Made by a program: the position numbers and the translations under genes
Assembly: GCF_001194135.2 (NCBI RefSeq)
Contig: NC_068999.1
Coordinates: 51,718,758-51,782,757 of the forward strand
Origin: Octopus bimaculoides
Taxonomy: Eukaryota
DNA length: 64,000 bases
Reading direction: 5' to 3'
Shown here: positions 54,036-64,000 of the stretch, one piece after another
Position numbering within the stretch: the stretch's first letter is position 1
Layout: every line of letters starts with the position of its first letter
The notes under the pieces: model-generated
What the model was told of the DNA's origin: nothing
Databases searched by the model: none
The model's input: only the letters and a program-made list of their open reading frames with translations

Positions 54036-55396
54036 CTGAAAAGAAAAAGAAAATTATTAAGCATCATTGGCTCAGGTGTGGCTGTGTAGTGAGAAGTTTG
54101 CTTCCTAATCACATGCTTCTGGGTTCAGTCCTGCTGCATAGCACCTTGGGTGTCCTCTACTATAGCCTTGGGCCAACAAAAGCGTTGTGAGTAGATCTGG
54201 TAGATGGAAACTCTTTTGCTCATAACTGCAGCTTTGTCAAGTTTATTCTCCACATCACTGTCTGGAATTCTCATCTTCAGCAATGTTACTGCCCAGGTAC
54301 ATCAACAAGTCATTGATCTCTGGAGTGACTCATAAAATAACAGTAATACTGGGATATCAAATGCCAAAATTAGTGTTTTGACATTTTCAGAGTGATCAAT
54401 ATTTTACTCTATATAACTGCAATACAAATAACTAGTTGCTAATTAGCTGCATCTAATTAGTACAATTGACATGGAAGTAGTGGGGGTGAGCAGAGTTCTG
54501 GCATTCATGATTTTTTTTTCTCCTAAAAAATGTGTACAACTGAGACCTAGATTTGATGGAAGCTTATCTCTCACTCTTCTGCAGCTCAGTCTGTCTAGCT
54601 GTAGATAAGTACCACACACTGAGCCAACAAAAAGATAAGCACATAGTACAAAGTAAGGTATGAACCACTGACTCTTTGGCCAGTAATAATACTAACAGCA
54701 GCAGACTGAACTGCATGAACCAGTGAAGTAGATCCAACATTATTTTCATTTTATGAGAATGGCTCAGCATCTGGTCTTAAAAAATAAAAATTTTAAAATC
54801 CTACAAAAAAAAAAAAACAATAATAATGGCTTCAAATTGTGGCACAAGGCCAGCAATTTTAGGGGAAGGGGTAAGTCAGCATCAACGACCCCAAAAGGAT
54901 AAAAAGCAAAGACTCCTCAGCAAAATTTGGACTCAGAACATAAAGATGGATGAAATGCCATTAAGTGTCTTGTCCGACTGCCAATAATCTGCCAGCTTGT
55001 CACTGCCGTTACATCAACAACAACAGTAATAATAAAAATTTAGCCATGTGGTTAAGAAGTTTACTTGACATCTGTGTAGTTTCAGTTTTGGTCCCATTGT
55101 GTGGCACCTTGGATAAGTGTCTTCTACTATAGCCAGCCCTAGGCTGACCAATACTATCAGAAGCATGTTGTGTGTGTGTGTTTCTCACTGCTTCACAAGC
55201 GGTGTAGGTTTGTAATTTAGCAGTTCAGCAAAAGGAGACCAACAGAATAAGGACTGGGGACAATTTGGACTGACTAAAAAACCCTTCAAGGTTGTGTCCA
55301 AGCGTGGCCGCAGTCAAACAAAGGAATGAAATAACAGCATAGCTTGGTGTTATTTTTAATATTTTATAAGAAACAAAAATAAACAATACAACTCAC

Positions 55397-55484
55397 CATT
55401 TGTTAGAAGAGCATTGATGCGATTGGGTGTACCCACCCCAATATGGATCACAGTTTTTGATAAAAATTCTGTCTGTTCTTTCAA
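55397..55484 (-). CDS. CMSS1: CMSS1 exon (LKEQTEFLSKTVIHIGVGTPNRINALLTN)
   Basis: atatttccag| ... AATG|gtgagt; 88 nt. GVGTPxRI is the DEAD-box-like motif Ib of Cms1. Confidence 0.93.
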
Positions 55485-55552
55485 CTGGAAATATATAACA
55501 TACAACATAAATTATAAAATTGATAAAAACAATATGAGCATATATATATATA

Positions 55553-55912
55553 CAGCGCAGGAGTGGCTGTGTGGAAATAAGCTGGCTTCCCAACCACATG
55601 GTTCTGGGTTTAGTCCCACTGCGTGGTACCTTAGGCAAGTGTCTACTGTAGCTTTGGGCCAACCAAAGCCTTGTGAGTGGATTTGGTAGATGGAAACTGA
55701 AAGCAGCCCATAATATAATATGTGTGTCTGTGTTTGTCCCCCCACCATCGCTTGACAACTGATGTTGGTGCGTTTACGTCCCCGTAACTTAGCGGTTCAG
55801 CAATAAAGACCGATAAAATAAGTGCTAGGCTTACAAAGAATAAGTCCTGGGGTCGATGTGTTCGACTAAAGGTGGTGCTCCAGGATGGCCACAGTCAAAT
55901 GACTGAAACAAG
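55553..55912 (+). mobile_element. SINE family A, near full length, abutting a family C copy
   Basis: Aligns along its length with 41529-41915. Confidence 0.9.
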
Positions 55913-56221
55913 TGCAGCCATCTGGTAAAACCAGATGGCTGCACTAGGCTCCAATCTGATCTGGCAAGAGTTTCTACAGCTGGATGCCCTTCCTAACGCC
56001 AACCATTCCAAGAGTGTAGTGGGTGCTTTTATGTGCCACTGGCACGAGGGCCAGTCAGGCGGTACTGGCAACGGCCACGCTCAAATGGTGTTTTTTACGT
56101 GCCACCTGCACAAGAGCCAGTCCAGCGGCACTGGCAACAACCTTGCTTGAATGTTTTTTTTTAATAGTTAATAATAGTAGACTATATCAAACAGCTATAG
56201 AAATAAATCAAACAGACAAAC

Positions 56222-56285
56222 CTTAAAATGTTTAGCGAATAACTTAGCAGTTTTGGTGCCCTCGCCTTTGAATGGAGCAATTTCC
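56222..56285 (-). CDS. CMSS1: CMSS1 exon (EIAPFKGEGTKTAKLFAKHFK)
   Basis: atttcttccag| ... AAG|gtttgt; 64 nt. KLFAKH(F/I)K is the Cms1 family signature. Confidence 0.93.
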
Positions 56286-56624
56286 CTGGAAGAAATGGAA
56301 AGAAACCGATCAAGAAAAATAATTGAATGGCCAACAAAGAAATTCGAAAAGATCATACAAATTTTTTGCCTTTTACTTGTTTCAGACAGTAGCCAGGCTA
56401 AGGCACTGCCTTGAAGAATTTTAAGTCAAATGAAACGATCCCAGTGCTAATTCTTTTTGTTTTAAGTCTGGTACTGACTTTATCAGTATCTTTTGTTGAA
56501 CTGCTAAGTTACAAGGACATAGACACACCAACAGTGATTGCCAGGCAGTAATGAGAGGGACACACGGATACATATATATAAAGAAGCCTGTTGTATAAAT
56601 CATCACCATTCCAAAGGCTGGAGC

Positions 56625-56950
56625 AGTTTGAATGGGAAACGATGCCCCACCCACCATATTCACTGGACAATGCCCCAACTGATTATCATTTATTCTGCAG
56701 CCTTCAAAATCATTTGGAGGGAAAAAATATGAATTCTGTAGATGAGGTCAGAATAGTTCTGGAAGAGCATTTTTAATCACAGACAAGTGAATTTTAGAAG
56801 CGGGGCTTTGCAAGTCTACCAGATAGATGGAAGAGTATTGTAGAAAATGAAGTAAAGTATATTTAAGATTAAAAAAGAACTTTGTTTATCTTAATTTTGA
56901 AAAATAAAAGAAGTATAAAAAAAACAACATAATTTATGGGATGACTCCAT
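56625..56950 (+). mobile_element. Mariner transposase C-terminal fragment and probable right end, in a CMSS1 intron
   Basis: WETMPHPPYSLDNAPTDYHLFCSLQNHLEGK ... LPDRWKSIVENE, followed by a TIR-like end near 56930-56950. Confidence 0.85.
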
Positions 56951-57268
56951 ATATATATATATATACATGTAGTTGTGTAGTAAGAAGCTTGCTTCTCAAC
57001 CACATGGTTCCAGGTTCAGTCTCACTGTGTGACATCTTGGGCTAACCGAAGCCTTGTGAGCAGATTTTGAAAATAGAAATTGAAAAATGTTCATTGTGTG
57101 TATGTATATATGTGTGTGTGTGTGTTAGTTTGTTTACATCCTTGTAAGCAGTTTGGAAACAAAGATTGATAGAAAAAAATACTAGTTCAATTTGTTTGAC
57201 TAAACCCTTCAGTTTAGTTCAATGACTGAAATATATATGTGTGTGTGTGTATACATACATACACATAC

Positions 57269-57830
57269 TTTTGTTGAAACTACCAAAATTTTCACAAACT
57301 GTTTGTTACTCAGAGTTTCACATACCCGTTCATCAAACACTTGTGATCATACTGAAATAAAATTGTGATGGTATATGTAACATAATATAATAAAATTCAA
57401 CAAATTAGTATTTAAATTTGATTGTGTGACTGATTTTCAAAAACATAAAAACAGTTTGTTTTTTTTTATCAGTTAGGTGGGTGTGTGTGTCTATAAATTA
57501 ATCGTAAAATATAAATATATTATAAGATAAAAAAAAACCTTATGTTAAATGGAGGCAATGTATATCCAAAAAATAATTAATTGATAATAACACAAGGTTT
57601 TTTTTGATCTTCTGTCATGGTTTGAAAATCAGTCAGCCAATCAAATATTACATGTACCATCACAATTTTAATTCAGTATGATCACAACTATCCACTGAAC
57701 GGGAACTTGAAACTGAGCAACAGTTTGTGAAGATTTTTGCAGCTTTAATAAAAGCATATTATTCTACCTTCGGTATCTAAGTATTATTTTTTCCACTCTG
57801 TTTTGCATTTATGTGCTTTTTCGTGCACAT
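57269..57830. mobile_element. Inverted-repeat element with hammerhead-like core (Penelope-like LTR-type relic, inferred)
   Basis: 57269-57440 and 57620-57755 are diverged reverse complements. The - strand of 57304-57339 reads TGT-TTGATGA-ACG-GGTA-TGT-GAAA-CTCTGA-GTA-ACA. Confidence 0.65.
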
Positions 57831-58499
57831 ATATATATACATATATAAACACACACTCACATAAATATACAGACATTCACACACTGATCATACTCAGTTT
57901 TGCCAAGTGAAAAGACCATGCTTAAATCAGAAGGTACATCAAGACTGAAATATGTCCATGGCTTTCACCAGTTGCATTTAAAAACCAGATCTGCTCACAC
58001 ACTGCATTTTCTATATTTTCTAAAAGATTCAGTTAATTGACCCTTGTGATATTACCTCCCTTGCCAGTTGGTTTTAGATTTTAAGCACTCCAACCCAAAG
58101 GGAAAATTTCATGCATTCCATATGTGTGACCCCCACCATATAAAATGAATACTGTGTCTTTCTCACACTGATAGAGAGGAGACATGTGTGACCTCTGACA
58201 ATGTTGCTTTGTTGCCATCAAGTTGTCTTCAATACATACTACAGCCACTGGTTTAGCCATGCATAGTGACATCCTCCTCAAGACCTGACTACTTGCTTAG
58301 GCTGGTAAAGCCAACGGTTTGCTTTTCCTACCACTTTCAACAGTGAAGCCAAAGTAGAACAAACAGAATTATGTACCTTGCCTAGGAACAGAACACTATG
58401 GCTGAAGCAGTAGTGACTGAATAAGGGACAACAGAGTCACCAGTCTAACAAACCTCACAGCCATTCATTGTTATAAGCAATTATCTATCCATTGTCCCC

Positions 58500-58780
58500 A
58501 CCCATTATTTCTGAGGGTCTTCTAAGAGTAGATTCCTCAGGCACCTCTTCCATTGGGTCTTATCAGAAGCAACAGTCATCAAACTTTCCAACTGTATTAC
58601 CCAGCATGACCACCCTTCTTGCTGGATGTTATCCCACCATCTCACTGGTAGTCTACCCCCGAGTCTTTTTCTGGTTGACTTGGTTTGAAGAATCTGTCTG
58701 GATTCTTTCCTACGACACTTAACCGCAATGTCTGCAGTACCAGAGCGGTGACCTCTCAATGCAGAGAAGTAGAAACTCAA
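58500..58780 (-). mobile_element. RTE-like LINE 3' coding end
   Basis: RKRLGGRLPVRWWDNI...VASDKTQWKR resembles the GKRPRGRP..RW.D...A.DR..WR terminus. Confidence 0.6.
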
Positions 58781-58885
58781 CCCAACCTGAGTTTTTTATG
58801 AATTCTACAAATATAATTAATTTGTTGCTACACGAACCCTGGTTGAGAACAACTGAATTGAATAATCATAGAAGGTTAACAATAC

Positions 58886-59051
58886 CTTATCAGTTCAACA
58901 GAACGAATGGCTGAACTGGCAATAATCAACACAAGGGGACATCCTGCTTTAAGATCCTTTTTTTTCTTTAGCATTTTTGACCATTTTGGAAGGACAAGCT
59001 TCAAATATATGGAAGGTCTCAAAGAATCAGTATTCGAATCAAAGAAGTGGT
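58886..59051 (-). CDS. CMSS1: CMSS1 exon (DHFFDSNTDSLRPSIYLKLVLPKWSKMLKKKKDLKAGCPLVLIIASSAIRSVELIR)
   Basis: ttctttccag| ... ATAAG|gtattg; 166 nt. YLKxxxPKW and LIIxSSAxRxxELIR match CMSS1/Cms1 as recalled. Confidence 0.92.
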
Positions 59052-60158
59052 CTGGAAAGAAAATAGAAAAAATATCAGGTGAAGTTAACAATTTTAAGCT
59101 ATAAAACAAGAAACAACAACAAATTTTTAACAAAATGATGTATTAGAGGAGAACAGATGTTCAACATGACTGGTTATTCATAGTCTTCAAGAAATATACC
59201 ATATTTTAATGTGTGTAAGGAATACCCCAATTTTGGGGGCTTAAGATTTGGAAAAAAGAAACTCCTGTATTTTTTTAAACTTAATTTTTGACCAAAAAGA
59301 GTTCCTTATACATGTTAAAATACGTTAATACCGATTTCTTTTGTATCCAATCTTTAAAATGGAAAGACGTATAGTCAAACAGTCAAATAAAGATACCTAT
59401 TTTATTACCACACAGCTACATCTGCATTTATATAACGTGTGTGACTTTGTGCCTGTGTTTGTCTCTCCTCCCATCCACCTGAGAATTGGTGCTAATTTGC
59501 TTATGCTTCCACAACTTAGCAGTTCAGCAAAAGAGACTGATGGAAGTAGTACCAGGTTTAGAAAGAAAAAAAGAAGTACTGGTTCTAATTTGTTCAACTA
59601 AAACTCTCCAATTCAGTGTGCCAGTATAAAAAAAAAATGTAAAGGTTACTGTCTTGCGTCATGCCAACCCATAAGGGCCAGTTTCCAGGTTACCATGGCA
59701 TATCTATCCCTCACCTGGACATGATGCCAGTCCATCGCAGGATTACTCATTTGTGCCAGCTGAGTGGACTGGAGCAGCGAGAAATGAAGTGTTTTGCTCA
59801 AGAACACAAAGTGTTGCCCGGTCTAGGAATCAAAACCAGAATCTTACAATTACGAGTCCAACACTAAGCCACGTACCTCCACATGTTCTAGTATGGCCGC
59901 AGTTCAATGACTTAAACAAGTAAAAGATAAAAGATACGATGGTGCTTTTGATAATGGACTTTTGTACAGTTTCCATCTACCAAATTCCATTAACAGGCAT
60001 TCACCAGTTCAAGACCATGGAAGAAAACACATGACCAGTTTGCCTGTGCAATGATAATCTCAACAATTTCTTAGAAAATGTTTCATTAAACTAAAGTGGA
60101 AGGAGAAGGACGATTAAAGGATTAATTAATTAATTAACATAGAAGCAATTAATTTTAC

Positions 60159-60291
60159 CAGAATCAAGTTTCATTTGTTCCCAATCAGCGGCTGTTAACT
60201 TGGCTTCACAATGTTTCTGGATGGCAGCCATCACATCCTTAGCTTCACCTTGTTTTGGAGCATTCTGTTTTAACTCCTCTGTTATTTTCCT
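60159..60291 (-). CDS. CMSS1: CMSS1 exon (RKITEELKQNAPKQGEAKDVMAAIQKHCEAKLTAADWEQMKLDS)
   Basis: tttttgtttcag| ... TCTG|gtaaaa; 133 nt, phase 0 to 1; in frame with both neighbours. Confidence 0.88.
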
Positions 60292-62391
60292 CTGAAACAA
60301 AAAAAAAAAATTTTTTTAATTTAAAAAGCGCTAAAAATACAGAAGGCTTGACAAATTTCTCATATCATTGTTTTAATTTCCACTTTTCCATGCTTGCATG
60401 GGTTACACAGAGTTCTTAGATGCAGATTGATGCCTTTCCTATCACCAACCCTCCCATTTGTAAGCACCACAATATTTCTTCATGGCCAGAAGTCTGGAAA
60501 TGAATGACACTACTTATATGATGGTGACACTCGTTTACAACTATCACACAATGTCAAGACAAGGAATCCCACTGAACATGACATTGGGCAAGTGTTTTCT
60601 ATTATAGCCCAGCACCAAGCAAATCCTTGCAAGTGGATTTGGTAGATGGAAGCCTAAAGAAGCTCATCACATATATGTATATATGCAAGTGAATGTCCAT
60701 GTAATGACATCACAGGATTTTTATGGAAAAATCACCTAATTAGCATTCACTTTTCCAAGACTGGATGGGTCAGACAAAATTTATTGTAGCAGATTTTCTA
60801 TGACCAGAAACCTTTCCTGTCCACCAGCCCTCAAATGCTTCCAAGCAATGTAACATTCCCCATCCACCATGGCTAGCTGTATTTTCACAGCTGACTGGAA
60901 TGAAGGACACTGCCTTTATGATAGCAATACTCATTTATTATTGCACAGTGTCAAGACAAGGACACACGCACACAATACATACATAAATGATGGGCTTCTT
61001 TCAGTTTCTGTGTACCAAATCCACTCAGAAGACTTTGGTTAGCCTGAAGTTATAGTAGAAGACATTTACCCAAAGGGTCACACAGTGGGACTGAACCCAA
61101 AACCATGTGGTTGGGAAGAGAACTTGTAAATCACACGTCAATGCTGCACCTCCAAGTACTGCTTTCACCAATGTGTGTCTCGTAATTTTAAAACAGTTGA
61201 AGTGAGAGTTGAAAGAATCTGGCTGCTCTTTCTAGCATGGAAGCCTCTCATCCCTATTGTCCCAATAGCTACAATACTTTCTATTCTCTGCTGGCATAGT
61301 TGATAAACATTAAACATTCTAGAAAACAACTGGTCAGTACAGTAAATAGTTAGATAACCATATTCAAATATGTAACAAAGAGGATTTGCTCTGGTATGAA
61401 TAATATTGATTTTCAAACCTCCAACAGGAATGAGTGAGTACTTGGTCAGTTGCCAAAATATTTTGTTTTGCTTCAAGGACAGATGCAGTAAGAACTAGAA
61501 TGTTTTATTACAACAGATTTCTTTTTTGTTGTTTTATGTATTTTGTAACAATTACAATCTTTGAAACAATAATATTAATATTAATCTGATCTAGGGTGGT
61601 GACCTGGCAGAACTGTTAGCACACCGGGCAAAATACTTAGCAGCATTTCGTCTGTCCTGATGTTCTGAGTTCAAATTCTGCCAAGGTCGACCTTCATCCT
61701 TTTGGGGTCGATAAAATAAATGCCAGTTAAGCACCAAGGTCAGCATAACTGACTTATTTCGTCCCCTGAACCTGCTGGCATTGTGCCAAAATTTGAAACC
61801 AATATTAATTTGATCTCCCACCCAATCAAAAACTGTATTACTGATGGAGTTAATTTTCTGAGAGACAACTTTTTAATCTAAATTTCTCAATTCTATATAC
61901 ACCCTTTAAATAAGTATCATGAAGGCGCATGGCTCAGCAGTGGCTCGAATGTTGGGCTCACAATCATGAGGTAGTGAGTTTAATTCCCAGACCAGGCTGT
62001 GTGTTGTGTTCTTGAGCAAGGCACTTTATTTCATGTTGCTCCAGTTCACTCAGCTGTAGAAATGAGTTGTGATGTCACTGGTGCCTAGCTGTATCGGCCT
62101 TTGCCTTTCCCTTGGATAACATTAGTGGCGTGGAGAGGCGAGGCTGGTATGCATGGGCAACTGCTGGTCTTCTTTAAACAACCTTGCCTGGACTTGTGCT
62201 TTGAAGGGTAACTTTCTAGGTGCAATCCCATGGTCATTCATGATTGAAGGGGGTCACTCTCTCTCACTATCATACATACAATGTTATTCATATTCCAGTC
62301 TGCTGTAGAATATATTTCTGACCTTGCTTGGAAATAAATTTTGTCTGACTTATGCAAGCATGGAAGAGGTATATGTTAAATGATGATGATG

Positions 62392-62422
<31 letters not shown>

Positions 62423-62583
62423 AGGCCTCAGTACAGTCTCCCTCTACTAAACTGCGTTCACAAGGAATTGATCAATCCAAAGCTATAGAAGTAGATACTT
62501 GCTCAAGGTACTGCACAAAGGGACTGAACCTGAAACCATGTGGTTGTGAAGCTAACTTGCTAACCACACATCCATGCCTGTAA

Positions 62584-62870
62584 AAGAAAAGAGATGACAA
62601 AAGAACAAACAATTATCTTATGAACCTCATTAGCTTACAGCTGTTTCCACTGTAAGATGTGGTGAACTCATACTTGAGTGACTGAGTAACACCTTACAAT
62701 TTCATCAGAGCCTCAAACAATAAATTGTACTTCATGTTTGAGGCTCTGATGAAACTTTAAGGTGTTACTCAAGCACTCAACTATGAGTACACTCCATCTT
62801 ATAGTGGAAACAGCTATAAGCTAATGACGTTCATAAGAAAATCGTTTGTTCTTTTGTCATCTCTGTTCTT
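62584..62870. mobile_element. Long palindrome (~135-bp arms, 15-nt loop) with a hammerhead-like core in each arm
   Basis: 62584-62719 is the reverse complement of 62735-62870 with scattered mismatches. Both strands read GCT-CTGATGA-stem II-GAAA-CAGCT-RTA-AGC. Confidence 0.85.
62633..62711 (-). ncRNA. Minimal type I hammerhead ribozyme-like motif
   Basis: Stem I GCT/AGC, core CTGATGA (62708-62702), 11-bp stem II preceded by an A.G mismatch, GAAA, palindromic stem III ACAGCTGT, GTA cleavage triplet (62638-62636). Confidence 0.65.
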
Positions 62871-63767
62871 ATTACTGCTCTGTACACACCCTAACGCCTC
62901 ATTCAGAAGCATATGTATACTGAGCTCTGCACCAGGTTATTAGAATCACAATGCCTAAGCGAAATACACATACATACATCACTCCGTGTAAAAACCAGTA
63001 TAACTGGAACACAACCATACATTTACAATACAGAATGGTGATGAACTATAATCTTGAACCTTGCCACAAGAATACCTGGTGTTATTTACTAATCTAAACA
63101 ATACTGTTAGCTTGGTGTACTAACAAAGAGTTTATAAAGTATTTCGCCTGGATTGATAATACCTCACTAATAATTATATACATATATATATATCAAAAGA
63201 CCTAACAGCATTTGCTAAAGGCAACTAAGATTTTAAGCAATCAATGAAGACATCATCATTATGTAATGTAGCTAGGAAAAGTCAACCAGATGGAGCTCAT
63301 TCTTCGGACAGGACTTGATCTTAAAACCAGCAAGTTAACTACACACGATTCTCTCTCTCCTGCAGTAGTAAGCCGTAGTTTTAATGATGCCTACAAGCAG
63401 CTAATTGAACTGTATGAGAATATATCTTGATAGTAGACACAACAATGTTTCAAATGGTAGTCCAATGCTTCTGACTGACTTGACATATATTACAACCAAT
63501 GAAAAACAGAAGAACGAGAGGAAGGAAAAAAACTGGAAATTAGTATCGACTAAATAATTTAGTTCTTGATAGGATAGTCAATAAGAAGAAATAAACCGTA
63601 TTAATGCAACATGGAAGCCAGCAAGTAATTATCTCCCTTTAGGCTTGTTTTATGCTTTACACTCATACAGTGAAATGTGTGACACTCTACGAACTGAATA
63701 TGGTTCAAATCATTTTTTTCTTTTCTTTCCTTTTGTTCAGATGATTTCCGAAAATAAAATTTTTTAC

Positions 63768-63874
63768 CCTTTTCCATTTCCTTTTCTTGTTGCTATTTGA
63801 AGATTCTGTCAGCTTCCTTTTAACAGGAACATCTTTTTCGTTCTCTTTCGCTTCGTCTTCAGTTAGTTTTACAA
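63768..63874 (-). CDS. CMSS1: CMSS1 internal exon (VKLTEDEAKENEKDVPVKRKLTESSNSNKKRKWKR); upstream exon lies outside the window
   Basis: cttttattttag| ... AAAAGG|gtaaaa; 107 nt, phase 1 to 0. The Lys/Arg-rich segment precedes KITEEL, as in the CMSS1 N-terminal region. Confidence 0.8.
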
Positions 63875-64000
63875 CTAAAATAAAAGGGAGAAAAATCTTT
63901 CAGAAACAAAATATGAGTCAGAGTTACACAGATACACACACAAAAAAAGAAAGAATGGAAAAAAAAAAAAAAGCCACGTAAGTATGGAAGTGACTAATTC

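Noticed and set aside
61165-61476. 103-aa ORF on - within a CMSS1 intron
   Set aside because: No motif recognised, and the CMSS1 exon chain is already complete and in phase without it.

Overview
AT-rich (roughly 35% GC by eye) eukaryotic genomic DNA, saturated with microsatellites and SINEs, with six N-gaps. The repeat families and splice style look like a coleoid cephalopod, probably Octopus; this is inference from pattern recognition, not a database match. Two spliced genes can be built by hand, arranged tail-to-tail. (1) On +, an NLR-like (NACHT + ribonuclease-inhibitor-type LRR) gene: putative exons 10684-10747 / 43231-43435 / 46485-48804, 862 aa if all three join. Its reading frame is intact, but the P-loop and winged-helix His are gone and no effector domain is visible. 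(2) On -, CMSS1 (six exons, 63874 to 53863, phases consistent; first exon lies beyond the window). The rest is TE debris: Ty3/Gypsy pol, mariner, hAT, RTE and CR1-like LINEs, four SINE-like families and MITEs. The standout non-coding signal is four unrelated short elements, three of them inverted repeats, each carrying a minimal type I hammerhead-ribozyme-like core. One is a ~135-bp-arm palindrome in a CMSS1 intron with a hammerhead core in each arm. All alignments and folds were done by eye; repeat boundaries are approximate.
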